In this document: piece after piece, positions 51,207 through 63,611 of the stretch | How positions within the stretch are numbered: the first letter of the stretch is position 1 | How the letters are laid out: every line of letters begins with the position of its first letter | NCBI GenBank assembly: GCA_039545335.1 | Contig: BCIN01000001.1 | Location: 2,793,136-2,857,135, forward strand | Length of the DNA: 64,000 bases | Reading direction: 5' to 3' | Source of the DNA: Kondoa subrosea | Lineage: Eukaryota | Position numbers and translations under genes: made by a program | Notes under the pieces: generated by a model | What the model was told of the DNA's origin: nothing | The model's database searches: none | What the model saw: only the letters and a program-made list of their open reading frames with translations

Positions 51207-52823
51207 TTATGCCTTGTGACCACCAACAAGACCACCAAGTCTTCTCTTTTCTCGCTTGTTGGCTCTGGATCCACCTTCTTCGTCTGAAGAAGAGACTGAG
51301 CTCATGGATCCTGATCGGCCAGCTTTGCGACCTGGGCGGCGACTGGAAAAAAGCAAGACACGATGAGCCTTGAACACAAGAATGCAAAAAGCAGACTCAC
51401 GTTCGGCCAGCTAAACCTGCACCAGCTACACCAGCTCCGGCAGCTCCGGCAGTTCCGTAGTTAGATCCACCGAGATGAAGATCTTGAGCCATCTTTTCAC
51501 CGACCTGTTCAAATAAATAATGAGCGTATGTCACGGAAAGCAGAAAGACAAACTTACACCATCAACAGTTCGGTCGCAACCTTCGGTCTGAAGAACACCA
51601 GCGTTTTGGTGAGTGATGCCTGATCCGAGTTTGCCTCCGCCTTGCAAGAAAGAGTCCATGGTGACTGGTTCGTGAGTAGAAGACTTGTGGATGATAGGAG
51701 CTTCGTGAGTGGTGTGGTGAACAGGGATGACGCTGTAATCAGCGGTCAGCAATGTATATGATTCCAAGTAAAGCTAAGACTAACGTGTGAATGCGGTGAC
51801 GGTCAACAACTTCTTGTTCAATGACTGGTTGAGTGACGTGGTGAACGTGGTGGTGAACGTTTTCGTGAACCTTCTCGCCCAAGTCGACAACGGTGCGTTC
51901 TTTGCCGCGGTGAACTTCCTCATCGCGATGTTGAGAAGCAAGACCTTGGAAGAGTTGGCGGTCTTCGGCAGTGGAAGAGTGACGTTCCTTGATTTCAGTT
52001 ACTGGGACAGCGTTGGTGTGCTGTAACAAAATGTAAGCAACTCGGAGAAACATGTAGCTAAGCAGAGACATACGTGAACTTCATCCTTAACTTGTTTGTC
52101 AATGACAGGCTGGACGTGATGCTGAACGTGGTGACTGGGAAAGGAATGAGATTCCCTTATGTAGGAGACAAAGAGGAGGAATGCTTTACACATGCTTGTC
52201 AACATCGCGAACACGTTCGACTTCTTCAACCTCAACGTGACGGTGATCTTTGTGGGTAACGTCTGTGCCAAATGCAATTAGCCTAAAGTAAGACAGAGAA
52301 GGACTGAAAACAAACGTTGTAGGTGCTTGTGGTCGTGAGTTACGTTTGGTGCGGTAGGGTCGAATTTAGAAGCGATAGAGTGGTCATGGCCAGTAGAGTG
52401 ATCAACTGCAACAAAATGAGCTTCGACTGTAACAAGAAGATGATGGCAAAACTCACGACCGGAAACTCCAGCAGAGGATCGTCCTAGACCAGTGTTTCGG
52501 TCATCAGAGTAAGATTGGTTGGAAAGTCCAGTTGAGCTCGTAGCAGTTGGATTGGTGCCAACACCAGATCCGATAGATCCAGTATTGCCTAAAGCGCCAG
52601 TTGAGGTAGATCCAGTGTTGCCTAGAGCGCCAGTCGATGTTGGGCTAGTGGTGTTGAGACCTACGCGGTCACCAGTAGTAGATCCGACTGGATTGTTTCC
52701 GCCAATTGTGTTGCCGTGAGAGGCAGCAGTTGTGTTCTCTTCACCTGGATACAAAGAAAAGGTCAGGAATAGCACGAAATCTCCAGTATCTGTACTCACG
52801 AGAGGAGCCAGAGTGGAGAGCAT
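51207..52823 (-). CDS. Hydrophilic His/Thr/Gly-rich protein of the fungal 'allergen'/stress-protein type
   Basis: HHVQHHVQPVIDK, HENVHHHVHHVTQPVIEQEVVDRHRIHT, PVHHTTHEAPIIH; G/T-rich N-terminus; multi-exon. Confidence 0.7.
52574..52640. repeat. Two imperfect 33-bp tandem copies encoding TSTGALGNTGS
   Basis: agatccagtattgcctaaagcgccagttgaggt / agatccagtgttgcctagagcgccagtcgatgt. Confidence 0.7.
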
Positions 52824-53299
52824 TTTTGATTGCCTGGAGAATCAGAAGTTGATCAGACGGTACGAACTTAACCTGATTGCTTCTCAACCTGCCTGCATGA
52901 TTTTCTGTTTCTGATTTGCTTGAGTAAGGAAAACCGAAAGTGTTGGTTGAGGAAAAGAAGCGAAGACCGCAATTTTATACGCCTCACGTTGCAATTTCAG
53001 GCACCACGTCAGTAAATGACCTCATTACAATCAGGCCAGGTAATGCGCCGAAACCCGAGTACGTAGCGTCCTAAACAAAAGGGCTGCAGTAGCTGTCAAT
53101 GTAAGCTCTTGTAACAGCCATGGCTTGCAGATCCTAAAAGCGCGAATCCTATACTTCGAAATTTTTACGGTGTCCGTGTCACTTTCTAATTTCAACTTCG
53201 CCCCTTCTTTGTGTACCTGTCGTTGTCCAGCCCTTGACAACAGCCGCAAAACAGAAACAAGGTTTTCCGCATTCGATCATCTCCCATCCAACCAAACCA

Positions 53300-54475
53300 A
53301 TGGCTGCCTATAACCCTCAACAGGCTGAAATTCCAGACCGACGCTCATCATTAGATGGAGCTGCTAATGGCAAGAGAGAGGAAATGGTTGAATACCCTAC
53401 TGCTGGAGGTGGACCTACTTCCTTGCCCTCTACTACACGGACAAAGCTACAATGCCTCGTTGACCCCAAATGTGGGTTTTCTAAGAATGAGATTGTTCGG
53501 ATATTGATTCGAATGAAACAAACAGCGGCTAACTCTGCTGATGGTCATACTTCTAAATATGCAAAGTTTGATATCAACGGATCAAATGTAACGCACCACG
53601 AAAATATTTACCTGAAGCGTGAGTTTTGATGTCATTTGCACCTTTTGGGTTTCTGGCTGAAGAAAATTGGACTACAGCTGTGGTCAAGACTACTGTAAGA
53701 CATGTAGAGATTGAAGAAATCGAAAGAGTTGTCACAATAGATCGACACATTCATCACATTGTTAGTTTGCTGTGATTCTCCTGTTTGCATGATTCCTGAA
53801 GTTTTGTTCTAGCAATACCATTTCCAGGTGAATATTTCTCTTATTGAAATCTGTACTACGGCTCACATGGATTACAGAACGTCATCAAGCCAGACGCTGA
53901 AGTCCGAGACAGACACAGCTATTACGAATTAGTAGATCCTCGTAAGCTCTGATTTTACCGTATATCTCTTCTTGTCCTCACAAATTTCTATATAGGTCTG
54001 AACAGTAAGCCTGTCACAATGAGACTCCAGTTTTTCTTCTTGGAAATTGATAATTACTGCAGTCACCCAAGCGGAACCTATCTTCCATGCACCGGTAGAA
54101 CACAAGCTCAAATACCAAGCTCTTTCCAGAGATGAGTTTATGAATTCCCAGACTGCAATTCGTCCAGGTAAGTCCCAAACCTGTCCTTTTAGTTGTATTT
54201 CAGCTTTGATGTGGTTATTTGGGGTTACAGCCAGCGAAATGGATCATTTCGAAGAACACATCTCTATCGGTGGTGTAGGTCGACCAATGCCCAATGCTCA
54301 ATCGGCATCAACCTCAACAGCACAAGGTCAAGGTGGAGCAAGACAAGGTTCTACTTCTGCTACACCTGCTACTTCTGCTACTCCCGGAAACTTTGTTCCT
54401 TCCTCATCACCAAGACAAGCTTCATCACCTAGAATGTCTTCTGGTCCTAAAGCAAATTACGGAACGGCTTTGTGA
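53300..54475 (+). CDS. Hypothetical protein related to the divergent His-rich neighbour
   Basis: Spliced segment VTHHENIYLK..VVKTTVRHVEIEEIERVVTIDRHIHHIQYHFQNVI; later PIFHAPVEH; S/T/P-rich tail. Confidence 0.65.
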
Positions 54476-54662
54476 TTCAAATGAAAAGGAAAAAAAAAAG
54501 GAAGAGAATTGTGACATTTCACACACGTAAAAAGAGGACACAAAATCTTGTACATATAGATCTTTCGCACGCCCTGCTTAATCACACATGTTCATGACAC
54601 AGAAGAAAGTTAGACCAGCTATTCCTCATTCCCTCCCTCAATCTGGAACCTTTGCGCCATGT

Positions 54663-56332
54663 TCAGTGCAGACGAGATCGTCGGATCCTCTTCATGCGTT
54701 TCACTTCTTTTCTGCAAGGTTTGACCTCTGTTGAATTGGCAGCCAGATTCTGTACTTGATCAGCAGTAGGTGAAGGTGAAGTGAATTCATTGTAAGCCAC
54801 ATCTTCACGATCCCATGGTGAAGACTCAGTAGTAGTGGTAGCGTTTGCTGTACCTTCTGTAAAAGTAGAAGATTCGGCAGAGTCTGCAATAGGATCTTGC
54901 TCGAAATCTTCTTCAAGAAGCGAATGATCAGAGCTGAGCTTTTGATTTTCCGCCTTGTTGGTACTATCGTCTTCTAAAATGGGCTCTGATTGAGAGTGGT
55001 CTTGGTCTTGTCCCCCTGCGTGAGAATCTTCCGCTTGGGCATCTGGAAAAGAAGTCGAATCGGAAGTAGCATCATCGCTTTGAGGAGCAGAAGAATCTTC
55101 TTCTTCGCCATGAGCATGACGCCAAGGACGATGACTGCTCCTTGAAGCGGTATCAGAGTCATGATCTGAAATGCTTTCATCTTGAGTTGGACCGTCATAT
55201 TCAGATGAGTCTTGTCCCTCATCTGTTGTCTCTTGAGTAGAATCAGTCTCAGACGAGTCGAAGGAAGATTGATCATCTGGAGGTTGTTGACCATCGATAT
55301 CAGATGATCCATCTGTCTCTCCTTCACTGGATGTCTGTTCCAGCCTGATCCGATCTAGGGATATGAGAAACTCACTCGATCACCACCTACGAACTCGAAA
55401 GAGCACTTGTCTGTAGGTGTCGGAGTGACTGCAGATCCGCCTGATATCTCGATATTTGCGCAGGACCTGCATCGCAACAGGTCTCAGTCTCACAGACTGG
55501 CCGCAACAGGAACACTGCACACCGATAGAAAGGTAGACTGGTATCTCGATCGGCGTTCGAGTCATGGACACCATAGCTGATCCATTGTAGTACGAATCTA
55601 CCATCCGCGAGGTGTGACGGGAAAGTGATGTCGTTTGTGCAAGCCAAGCCATCACTTGACTCATCTTGCGGAATTCCACTTTGACGTGAAAGATTGTAGG
55701 GCGAGAAGTAGTCGACTGTAGATCGATTCAGTATTACTCTGAATTGCACAGACACTCTCTTACCATTCTCCATCAGAGTTCTTCCGCCACGAGTACTGAA
55801 AGGCCTTTTTCAGCCAGACCACGTGAGGCAAGACTTGCAGCTTACCGAGACACACAAGAGATCTTCATGTAGTTATTCGGATCATTGAAGGCCTCAAAAT
55901 CATTCTCTTGACCCATTTTGACGATCGAAAACCTGTTGAATCCGCCCCCTGTGCAAGAAATCAGACACACAGCAACGCCGCACGATATTACTGACAACGA
56001 TTGTTATAGATTGTCTTTGCGCTGATAGTCTGCCCTCTCTCGAAGACGTTTGTCGAAGGTATATCGGTGTTCTCAGAGCCGCAATTGTTGCTCTCTCCTT
56101 TCCCGGTCTGAACAGTCATCAGCGCAGAACGAGAGTGTGCGTTAAAATTGAACCGACCCCATAAAGCCCTCCTACACCAGGATTACGGTTCTCGGGATAA
56201 AGCAGCCAGTTCTGGAAGATTGTCATTAGCAAGATTGGCAACGAAGGTATATCAGACACTTACATGCGCCTTGACCAGAGGTGCCAGTGAGATAATCGAC
56301 AGCAAGACCTGCTTTGCTGTAACAGAGACCAT
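54663..56332 (-). CDS. Secreted LPMO-like (copper monooxygenase fold-like) protein with acidic linker and basic tail
   Basis: Signal peptide MVSVTAKQVLLSIISLAPLVKA followed directly by His (HNWLLYPENRN); NCG; RGQTI; GGFNRFSIV; FPSHLADGRFVLQW; FYRSCANIEISGG; D/E/S-rich linker; CRKEVKRMKRIRRSRLH*. Confidence 0.6.
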
Positions 56333-57076
56333 AACGAAAGAATTGTATAACTTGAATTGAAGCAGAACAACAGGTTGATACAAGTGCCAGCACTTGGTCA
56401 CGGAATGAAAGAGAACCTCTTCCAGGTAAGTGCAGCATGATCCCATGGTGATCCTTTGTGGTAAGTTTTCCTTAGCAGTAACGCAGTATTCGTCTTCTCA
56501 GAAGAACTCATCGGTTTCGCACTCAGGCGCAGTGCACGGATATCTCGCTGAGTCTGTAGCTGTGCTTCAGATGTACGCATCAGTCTACGGTTGCAGCTGC
56601 GAGATATGATTGCCAACAAAGAATGAATTGGAAATGCGAGTTACAGCAAGGGAAAGGAATTAAATCAGGAAAGAGATAAGCTTGTACAGCCAGAGAGTTC
56701 AGAAGAAATGATAGAATCTATTTGACGCAGCACAGGGCGCTAGACATTTCCTCAGCCCTTTACCCGATTTCAATGCAATCAGCAATTGCTGGTGCGGCTG
56801 CCATATAGCATCTCATAGGGCAGAGAAGGCATACTGTCGATCCTTGAGGAAATTCAACGAGCCTTAATACAGGCCGAGGCCTGGAAGCGTACGTCGAGAC
56901 TGGCGAAACAAGATCAAGAGGATGCATAGACCGGCGCGCAAGCAAATGATTACGTAATATATTAGATCATAGACAATATGGACAAGCATCCTGCATCCGT
57001 GTATATATGAACAGATGTACCTCACATGACTGAGCCGTGTATATGCTTCTCGACAATCGCTTTTCTGTCTTTTACT

Positions 57077-59270
57077 TCAAAGTCCGATACCGTGCAACTT
57101 GTGAAGACCAAGCCTGTCAACCCATATTGTCAGAAAGTACGCGGCACCAGAATATATACAAAGCGCACGGCGACTTGTGTTCCCGCTGATGCGCGATAGC
57201 ACCAACATCTTGAGTGTGGGCATCTGTTAGCGAATTGTCACCGGATCCAGACATGCCTCCGAAATTTTGGTCGCCGTAAGCGCTAGGCCGGCTGGTATTA
57301 CTTGGTCGTGCTGAATTCTGTCGTATTCCACCATTTGGTCTGCTGGTTGAATTCTGCCTTACGTAGCCTATTTGTCCATTTGGCAGAGTTTGTCTGACAT
57401 GTGAAGGTGATGTTGTCATTTCAGGCCGTACGTCAGCTGTACCATTGAGTGCTGGCGCTGCTCCAGGTGCTGTCGGCATTGTATTGAGTGCAGAACCAGC
57501 CAAACCATCCGCAGAAGTTGGTGGAACTACTCCCTCGGCGACAGCAGCGCCATGAATCATGCCGCGCTGTTCTCTGTATCAGAAACAGCGACATTTTCCG
57601 ATACAGGCAGCTCACTTCTGCTTTATCGATATCCTTGTTCTTCATGCCAGATGCAGCCAAAGCTTCTCTCTGAGCGCGGGTGAAACCATGACGGGCTGAC
57701 CAACCTTGAATTCTGGTTGCGACAGTCTCTTTGTCGTCTGATGTATCTGCATCTTGACCGAGAACAACACTAAAAGTGATATCAGCATACAACTCTGGCT
57801 ATGAGGGAGAACCCGTACGAGCCATAGTCGAAGATCTTCAATATCGTGTACAAACTGATGCAGCTATGAGAATAAGCTTCAATAGCTAGACGGATACTCA
57901 CGTGACTGAAATGAGAGCACCGATGAGCGGTCCAACCCAGTAAATCCAGTGATAGCCAGGGAAAGAAGCAGAGACAACGGAAGGTCCAAAGCCTGTGCAA
58001 ATCATAAGCGAATACTCTAGACTCGGGAGTAATCGACTTACTTCGTGCAGGGTTCATGCCACATCTTTCGCAAGACATCAGCGAGACTCCGTCGCGGCAA
58101 GTGCGCAGACTGACCCAGTCCAATTCGTGCCAAGAAGTTGGCAGACAAACAACACGAGACCGATACCAATGGGCTGCAACAATGGTCAGCAAACTCTCGG
58201 GAAATGTTGACGAAACCTACGGCAATGTAAGTAGCTTTGTGCTTCTCTCTGTATCGACTACATCAGAAGTGCCAATAAAGTCATAAGGAAGGACGTACGC
58301 AGCCAACATGCTAAGCATGATCATTCAGTGCCACTCAGTCAAGGCTAGATCAGGGACATACAGAACTGAGAAGACCAAGATTGCAGTCAAGAAGCTGTGG
58401 GGGATCAATTAGCCCTGTACAGTGGAATTTTATTATCGTGAGAGCATACGCTTCCATGAAAAGACCTTGACCAATATTCTGGAGTATATTAATGAGAATG
58501 GTTCTAGATAATGTATCAATAGAACCGTACAACTCCAAAGGAGAGCTTCGTGATAGTATTTTCGACCTGGATTGTAGGTAAGCGTATGATAGGTCCCTCT
58601 GGGAAGCGAAACATACACCTCCATACGGCGTCAAAGCTGCTACTAAAGCTGCACCAGCGATACCACCTCCGATTTGTGCGACAACAAGTAGACACGCTCG
58701 GAGTGAAGGAACAGCGCCAATGAGCCAGAGAGCAAGTGCTACGTTTATGGATCAGCATTCGTATGCCAGCATTCTGCAAAATTCCCTCACTAATAGCAGG
58801 ATTGAAAAGACCACCAGTGATTCTGTAGAAGATCCATGCTGTCACTAGTAGACTGAGACCCATGGATGTGCTGATGAAGAGAATAGTCTGATTCGACAGA
58901 GCGATTGTTCCGGCGCTGAAGGTTGCAGCTTGAGCTGAAACACTTTTGGGCATACTAAGGATCCGTTGTACGTACGTTTGTTGTTGCGAAACAGTCTCAG
59001 AGTTCTGAGCTGAAGCATTCAGAAAGAAAAGCATCAGAAAGCAAGTAGTTGTTATGCGCAGAATCCCTTCACCTGTCTTGATTCCACCTAAGCCAAGGAA
59101 CAAGAACTATTAAGCACAGCGTATAAGCAGAGCTTTACCATAACTAAGCACGCAAACATGCCATTGCTGTTCCTATGAATTCTCCGCCTATAACGCAGAT
59201 CAGTGATATGCATTACCGCCTGAGCTTCTTTCCACTGACCAGCGGCGATGAAATCTTGCTTGATTCCCAT
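57077..59270 (-). CDS. Aquaporin (MIP family) with long disordered C-terminal tail
   Basis: GEFIGT, ITGGLFNPA, AQIGGGIAGAA, GCGMNPARSFGP, HWIYWVGP; both NPA motifs intact. Confidence 0.93.
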
Positions 59271-59417
59271 AGCTGTTGACTATTATTTTACGGTGCTCGA
59301 CGGAAGTCAAGTAAGAGCAAGACAGTTTTCAAGTTCCGATCGCCTCTTCGAGAATTCGAAAGATGACGCGGGATGGAAATAAGCAAAAAAGAGTCCCGAC
59401 CGGTCCTTTTTGTTTGT

Positions 59418-60848
59418 TCAGAGGTCTTTCCTTCTACTTACATCTCTATAAGAGCCTCCGAATTCCAGCGCAACATGCTCAAAAGTCTGTCTGCGAACCA
59501 CTTTCCAAGGTAAAAACAAATTTTGACGTTCATAAGCGGTGATATGAGCTGTTGCGCTATGCGTTTGCGACGAAGCAGAGTTGTTACTATGTATGCAATG
59601 AGTGCCGCATCATCTCAACGACGAAGGCGACTTACTGTCCATCTCGAGCTGGAGTATTGAACATTTTCCATTGATTCACCGGCTGCAATCTCAATTAGCT
59701 TTGCTATAATGTTGCTCTCAATAGAACTGACCTCATTAGCAAGAACCTCGATGTCAACCTTCTTCCACAAATCTTGCATGCTGACTTTCAACCTTCCCCT
59801 TTGATCTACTTCTTCCCTCGTAAAACCAAAACTGAACCTCTCAAACACTCTTATAGTTCCAGGCGGTAAGAAATTCCATTCCAAATCTTTTAACCTCAGT
59901 ACCAGCATAGCACTTTTGACGCCTAACAATTTCCCTCCTGCTAAAGCAAACGATTCGCCTGATTCGTTTATTGCTTCAGACCAGGTCCAACCGCTAGGGA
60001 AAGCTAAACCCCAATTTTTTTCCACATCTATTCCTTTATAAGATACAATAAATTTCAATAAGGGAATGGCGTACGTGCTATTCCGTTTGAATTGAGGATC
60101 TCAACACCCGCTTTAACGATTTTCACCTTTGCTTTTGCATGAGGTGTGAGGATATGCCAATGCAGAGGAAAAGTAGTGGGTAATCTCTTCAAGGGTCCAT
60201 GTGGGGTTTGTAATGGTCCACTAGCGAACAAAGGTGTGAAATCAGAAATATCGATACTGATTTCCAAGTTTTTAGGTAAAAGGAGTCGATAGATTACTTT
60301 GGAGTGTTCGAATTGAGCATAAGTTTTAGGTGAGACAGTATATCTGAACGGTTGAATTGCATCAGAAGACCAAGCTGGATTGTCGACTACTCAGTAACTT
60401 AAGTTCTCGAACAATAAACACACGTACGAGGTGAGATAGTTGTGGTGATACTTTCTGGAAAGATTTCAGCTGTTATAGCATCCACATTGGAAGTTTTGGA
60501 AGGCGAGTAGCTGAATGCGACGTAATTTGGGTTGCTGCGGGCTCCTTTGACCTGCAGAAGAATTAGCCTCTATTGAGTCAAAGTATGGAGGACCAACGTT
60601 GGAGATGATCACTTGCACAGACGAGCCATCATCCAGTATAACGCGAGAGAAGATGCCTTCGAACGTGACGTTATCATGCTAATTTCAATGCATGAGCGAA
60701 GCAGAAGAAGCAAGAGCAGATAGCTAACGGGAGCAAAGTGATCAACTTTAGGCAGATAGCGAGTTAAGGAAGGCAAGAAAGATTCGATAAAGAAGAAAGC
60801 GATTTCCAGGATGTGACGGAACAAGGCAGAGATGAATGAGTCAGGCAT
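59418..60848 (-). CDS. Tocopherol-cyclase-like (AttH/CrtC-fold) protein
   Basis: FEGIFSRV, PLHWHIL, VEKNWGLAFPSGWTW, FALAGG, terminal VALEFGG, which are motifs typical of this family. Confidence 0.7.
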
Positions 60849-61331
60849 GGAGGATATAGCAGTCCTGGTATAAAAGTACTCAGAGGGATATTGGGTCAAC
60901 TTGGGTCAACACACATAAACGCGCTCGAACCTGGGTTTCAGCAAACCACCGACTCCTCTGGCTTATACCACACGCTCTGGCAGCAAGCAAGGCCACTCGT
61001 TACCACGCTAACAGCATTATTCCCTTGAAACTGCGACTGAGGACAGTCAGAGCAAAGCACGCGACATCGAATCTTTGAGCTTTGATTGCGATTCAACTCC
61101 TCGTCTCTCTGTCTTGTCAGAACAACCAAACACTCTCATTACGCTCTACAAAAAGCAAGAACACTCAATTCGGCTGGTCCGAATTCTGACTTTGTTTGCT
61201 TTTGACACGGGAATCGCGAATCTCCATCGTGGCCTTATCTCTTTATTTCAAGTCTGTTATCATTCACTCAAGAGCCATCAAGTGTATACGGACGCTAGAG
61301 GGACTGGAACACAAGTGGAACAATAGTTAGG

Positions 61332-63413
61332 ATGTGTTGTTCGGGCCCAAAATGGTCAGTGGAGAGAAGCTATCTGTCAGCTAGGACTGATGCTTGGCTT
61401 CGCGACTGACAGGAAACGTGAAGACGTACCGGATCACAAGGCGATTGCTGTTTATTTTGAGGACAGGCCGCTTGCTAACGTTTCGCTCTAGTTCGACTTC
61501 ATCGACGTTACCGAGTTCAGGGATACAGGCTGCTTTACACGATCAAGGTCAGTAGAATAGTACAATGCTCTACCTGACGAATTAACCATTTGCTCTTGCA
61601 CCAGATACATTCTCCTATACGTTCTTTTTCTAAAATCCTTCTTGGTCTACATTTCCGATTTGTACACGGCCATCATCATTCTCGCATCAGATAAATGGAA
61701 CAACACTATCTTGGCCAATAACTCAGAACTTATTCCCTTCAAGATCGGGAAATGGATCTTCACAGGCTGTATCATCATGTCCTTTCTGCTTTTATTGTGG
61801 GAAGCGAGGAAAGCGAGAGCAATCATAAGGAGTAGAGATATTTCTTACGCATTCACAAACGTCATGGCCAACAATCACTACTCTTTGAAAAGCTACAATC
61901 ATTTTTCTTTCTTCTGTCAAATCAACAACTCAAAAAAGACAAAGGACGATTTGGCTTTCTTCGTCTTCTTCACATTCAAAGGTTTGCTCAGATTGGACAA
62001 TCCATGTGCCTTGTGCTCATATTGGCCCGTCTGTTCGCAAACAGGCTGGAAACGTTTGGTCCTCGCTGATGCGCCCCGTCAAGTCATCAATGCAGTCACA
62101 CTATACTCATTTGGTAAAGCTCTCGACTTTACAACAGATATATCCAAGTATATCGATGGATCTTGGATCAAGGTGAACTCCGATCATATATGTGATTTTT
62201 CGTAAAATCTGACCAGTGTCTGTTTAGGCGACTGTTCTCATTACAATGTGCTTCACTGTGGTCGTATGGGCTGGTTCAGCTGTCTTGCTTCTGATTGCCG
62301 CCATTCTCTATGTGCCGTTATTATGCTATATTCAAGGGAATCTGAAAGAGTACTGCTGCCATAAGATCGATAAACGGTTCGTGTTCGGTTTGAACGCTTT
62401 CAGCGTGAAGCTGATAGCGTCTTGATTAACATGAACAGAATAGCTGAAATGATGAAGAAGAAAACACGAAAGCGTCTATTACAAGAGGCTGCTCGAGCAA
62501 GAAAAGAAGCTGCTGGCGATTTCAGTCATCTCAAAGATAAGAAAGGCAACCTTAAACAAAAACCTGCGGCACAACCTACTCTACCTAAAATCGATTTATA
62601 CGACAACGATAGCAGTAGTCCTTACGGTAACGATCGAAAAGGTGGATCTTACTCTGAAGTTTCGTTAAGGAAAGAACCACTCTACTACCAAAACACTGCT
62701 ACGCCTTCTGGTCATGCTTATCCACCTGCCAATGGATGGTCCGGGCGACCCGATGGACCTCATCCTCAACCTTCGTACGCATACGAAGAAAGATCTGACA
62801 TTGGTGGATATGCAGGAAGCGTTCATTCAATGGATCGATTAGTTCAAACACCTTCAGCTAATGAAAACCACAACGATTTCTATCTTTCCAAAGCACCTTC
62901 TTATCGCTCTCAGGTTTCACTAAACGATTCGAAATCCAGACCTTGGGAAAATGCAACTGATGCTCCTCCGGTTCCTCATTATGATCTAGATCAACAGCAG
63001 TACCATCAACCTCAACCTCAGTATTTCAATGATTATGCTCAACGTCAACAAAATGGAAGGCGATCACCTGGACCGAATGAGATGAATGGTGGAGGGAGAA
63101 GATCGCCTGGTCCGAATTTGCTGGATCATCAGCAATATGGCAGCCAAAGTCAGATAGGCGGATATCAGGAAGAGGAGTATCGGGTGAGTGATATTTTCGG
63201 CGTGTGCACTTGGGCGCTTAGCTGAGTATGCGGTCACAGCCTGTAAATCGGCGGCAACTCTATGAGCAGACGAGTCACAATCGGCAATCCTCGTATGGTT
63301 CAGCATACGGCGGGACAACTCAAGCGCGGCCAGAGTCAGCGTATGATTTAGGTGATTACTATGGTCAAGAACAGCAGGATTATAGTCAGCAGCAAGCGCC
63401 TTATAGACGGTAG
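61332..63413 (+). CDS. Fungal Kch1/Prm6-family low-affinity potassium transporter (vacuolar membrane protein family)
   Basis: WKREDVPDHKFDFIDV, VYISDLYTA, KWIFTGCIIMSFLLL, SRDISYAFTN, LADAPRQVINA, GNLKEYCCHKIDKRI. Confidence 0.88.
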
Positions 63414-63611
63414 CCAAGATGTCATTGTAGAAAAAGTTCAGGGGGTTTATTTCATAATGCATTTGTGTATAAAATTCATGTACTCCCACGATGTTTGCAT
63501 CTTGATATTCCCTTGCCTAGATTACTGGATACAGATACTGTTTGCTATACACTGTTCAACTGACCACTGTACACCTTGCCAAAGCTGAAACTCCTTTCCG
63601 GACGATGTTCC

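Noticed and set aside
60891..60910. Perfect 10-bp tandem duplication TTGGGTCAAC x2
   Set aside because: It could be a slippage product or excision footprint, but no transposon ends or transposase remnants are nearby.
60915..61030. tRNA-like GGTTCGA (box B) on the minus strand with an upstream TAGCGTGG
   Set aside because: The T-stem arms do not pair (CCAGG vs GCGTT) and no acceptor stem can be formed. It is treated as promoter sequence.
63055..63117. Duplicated GRRSPGPN peptide in the Kch-family tail
   Set aside because: Two short copies in a disordered region, an ordinary low-complexity duplication.
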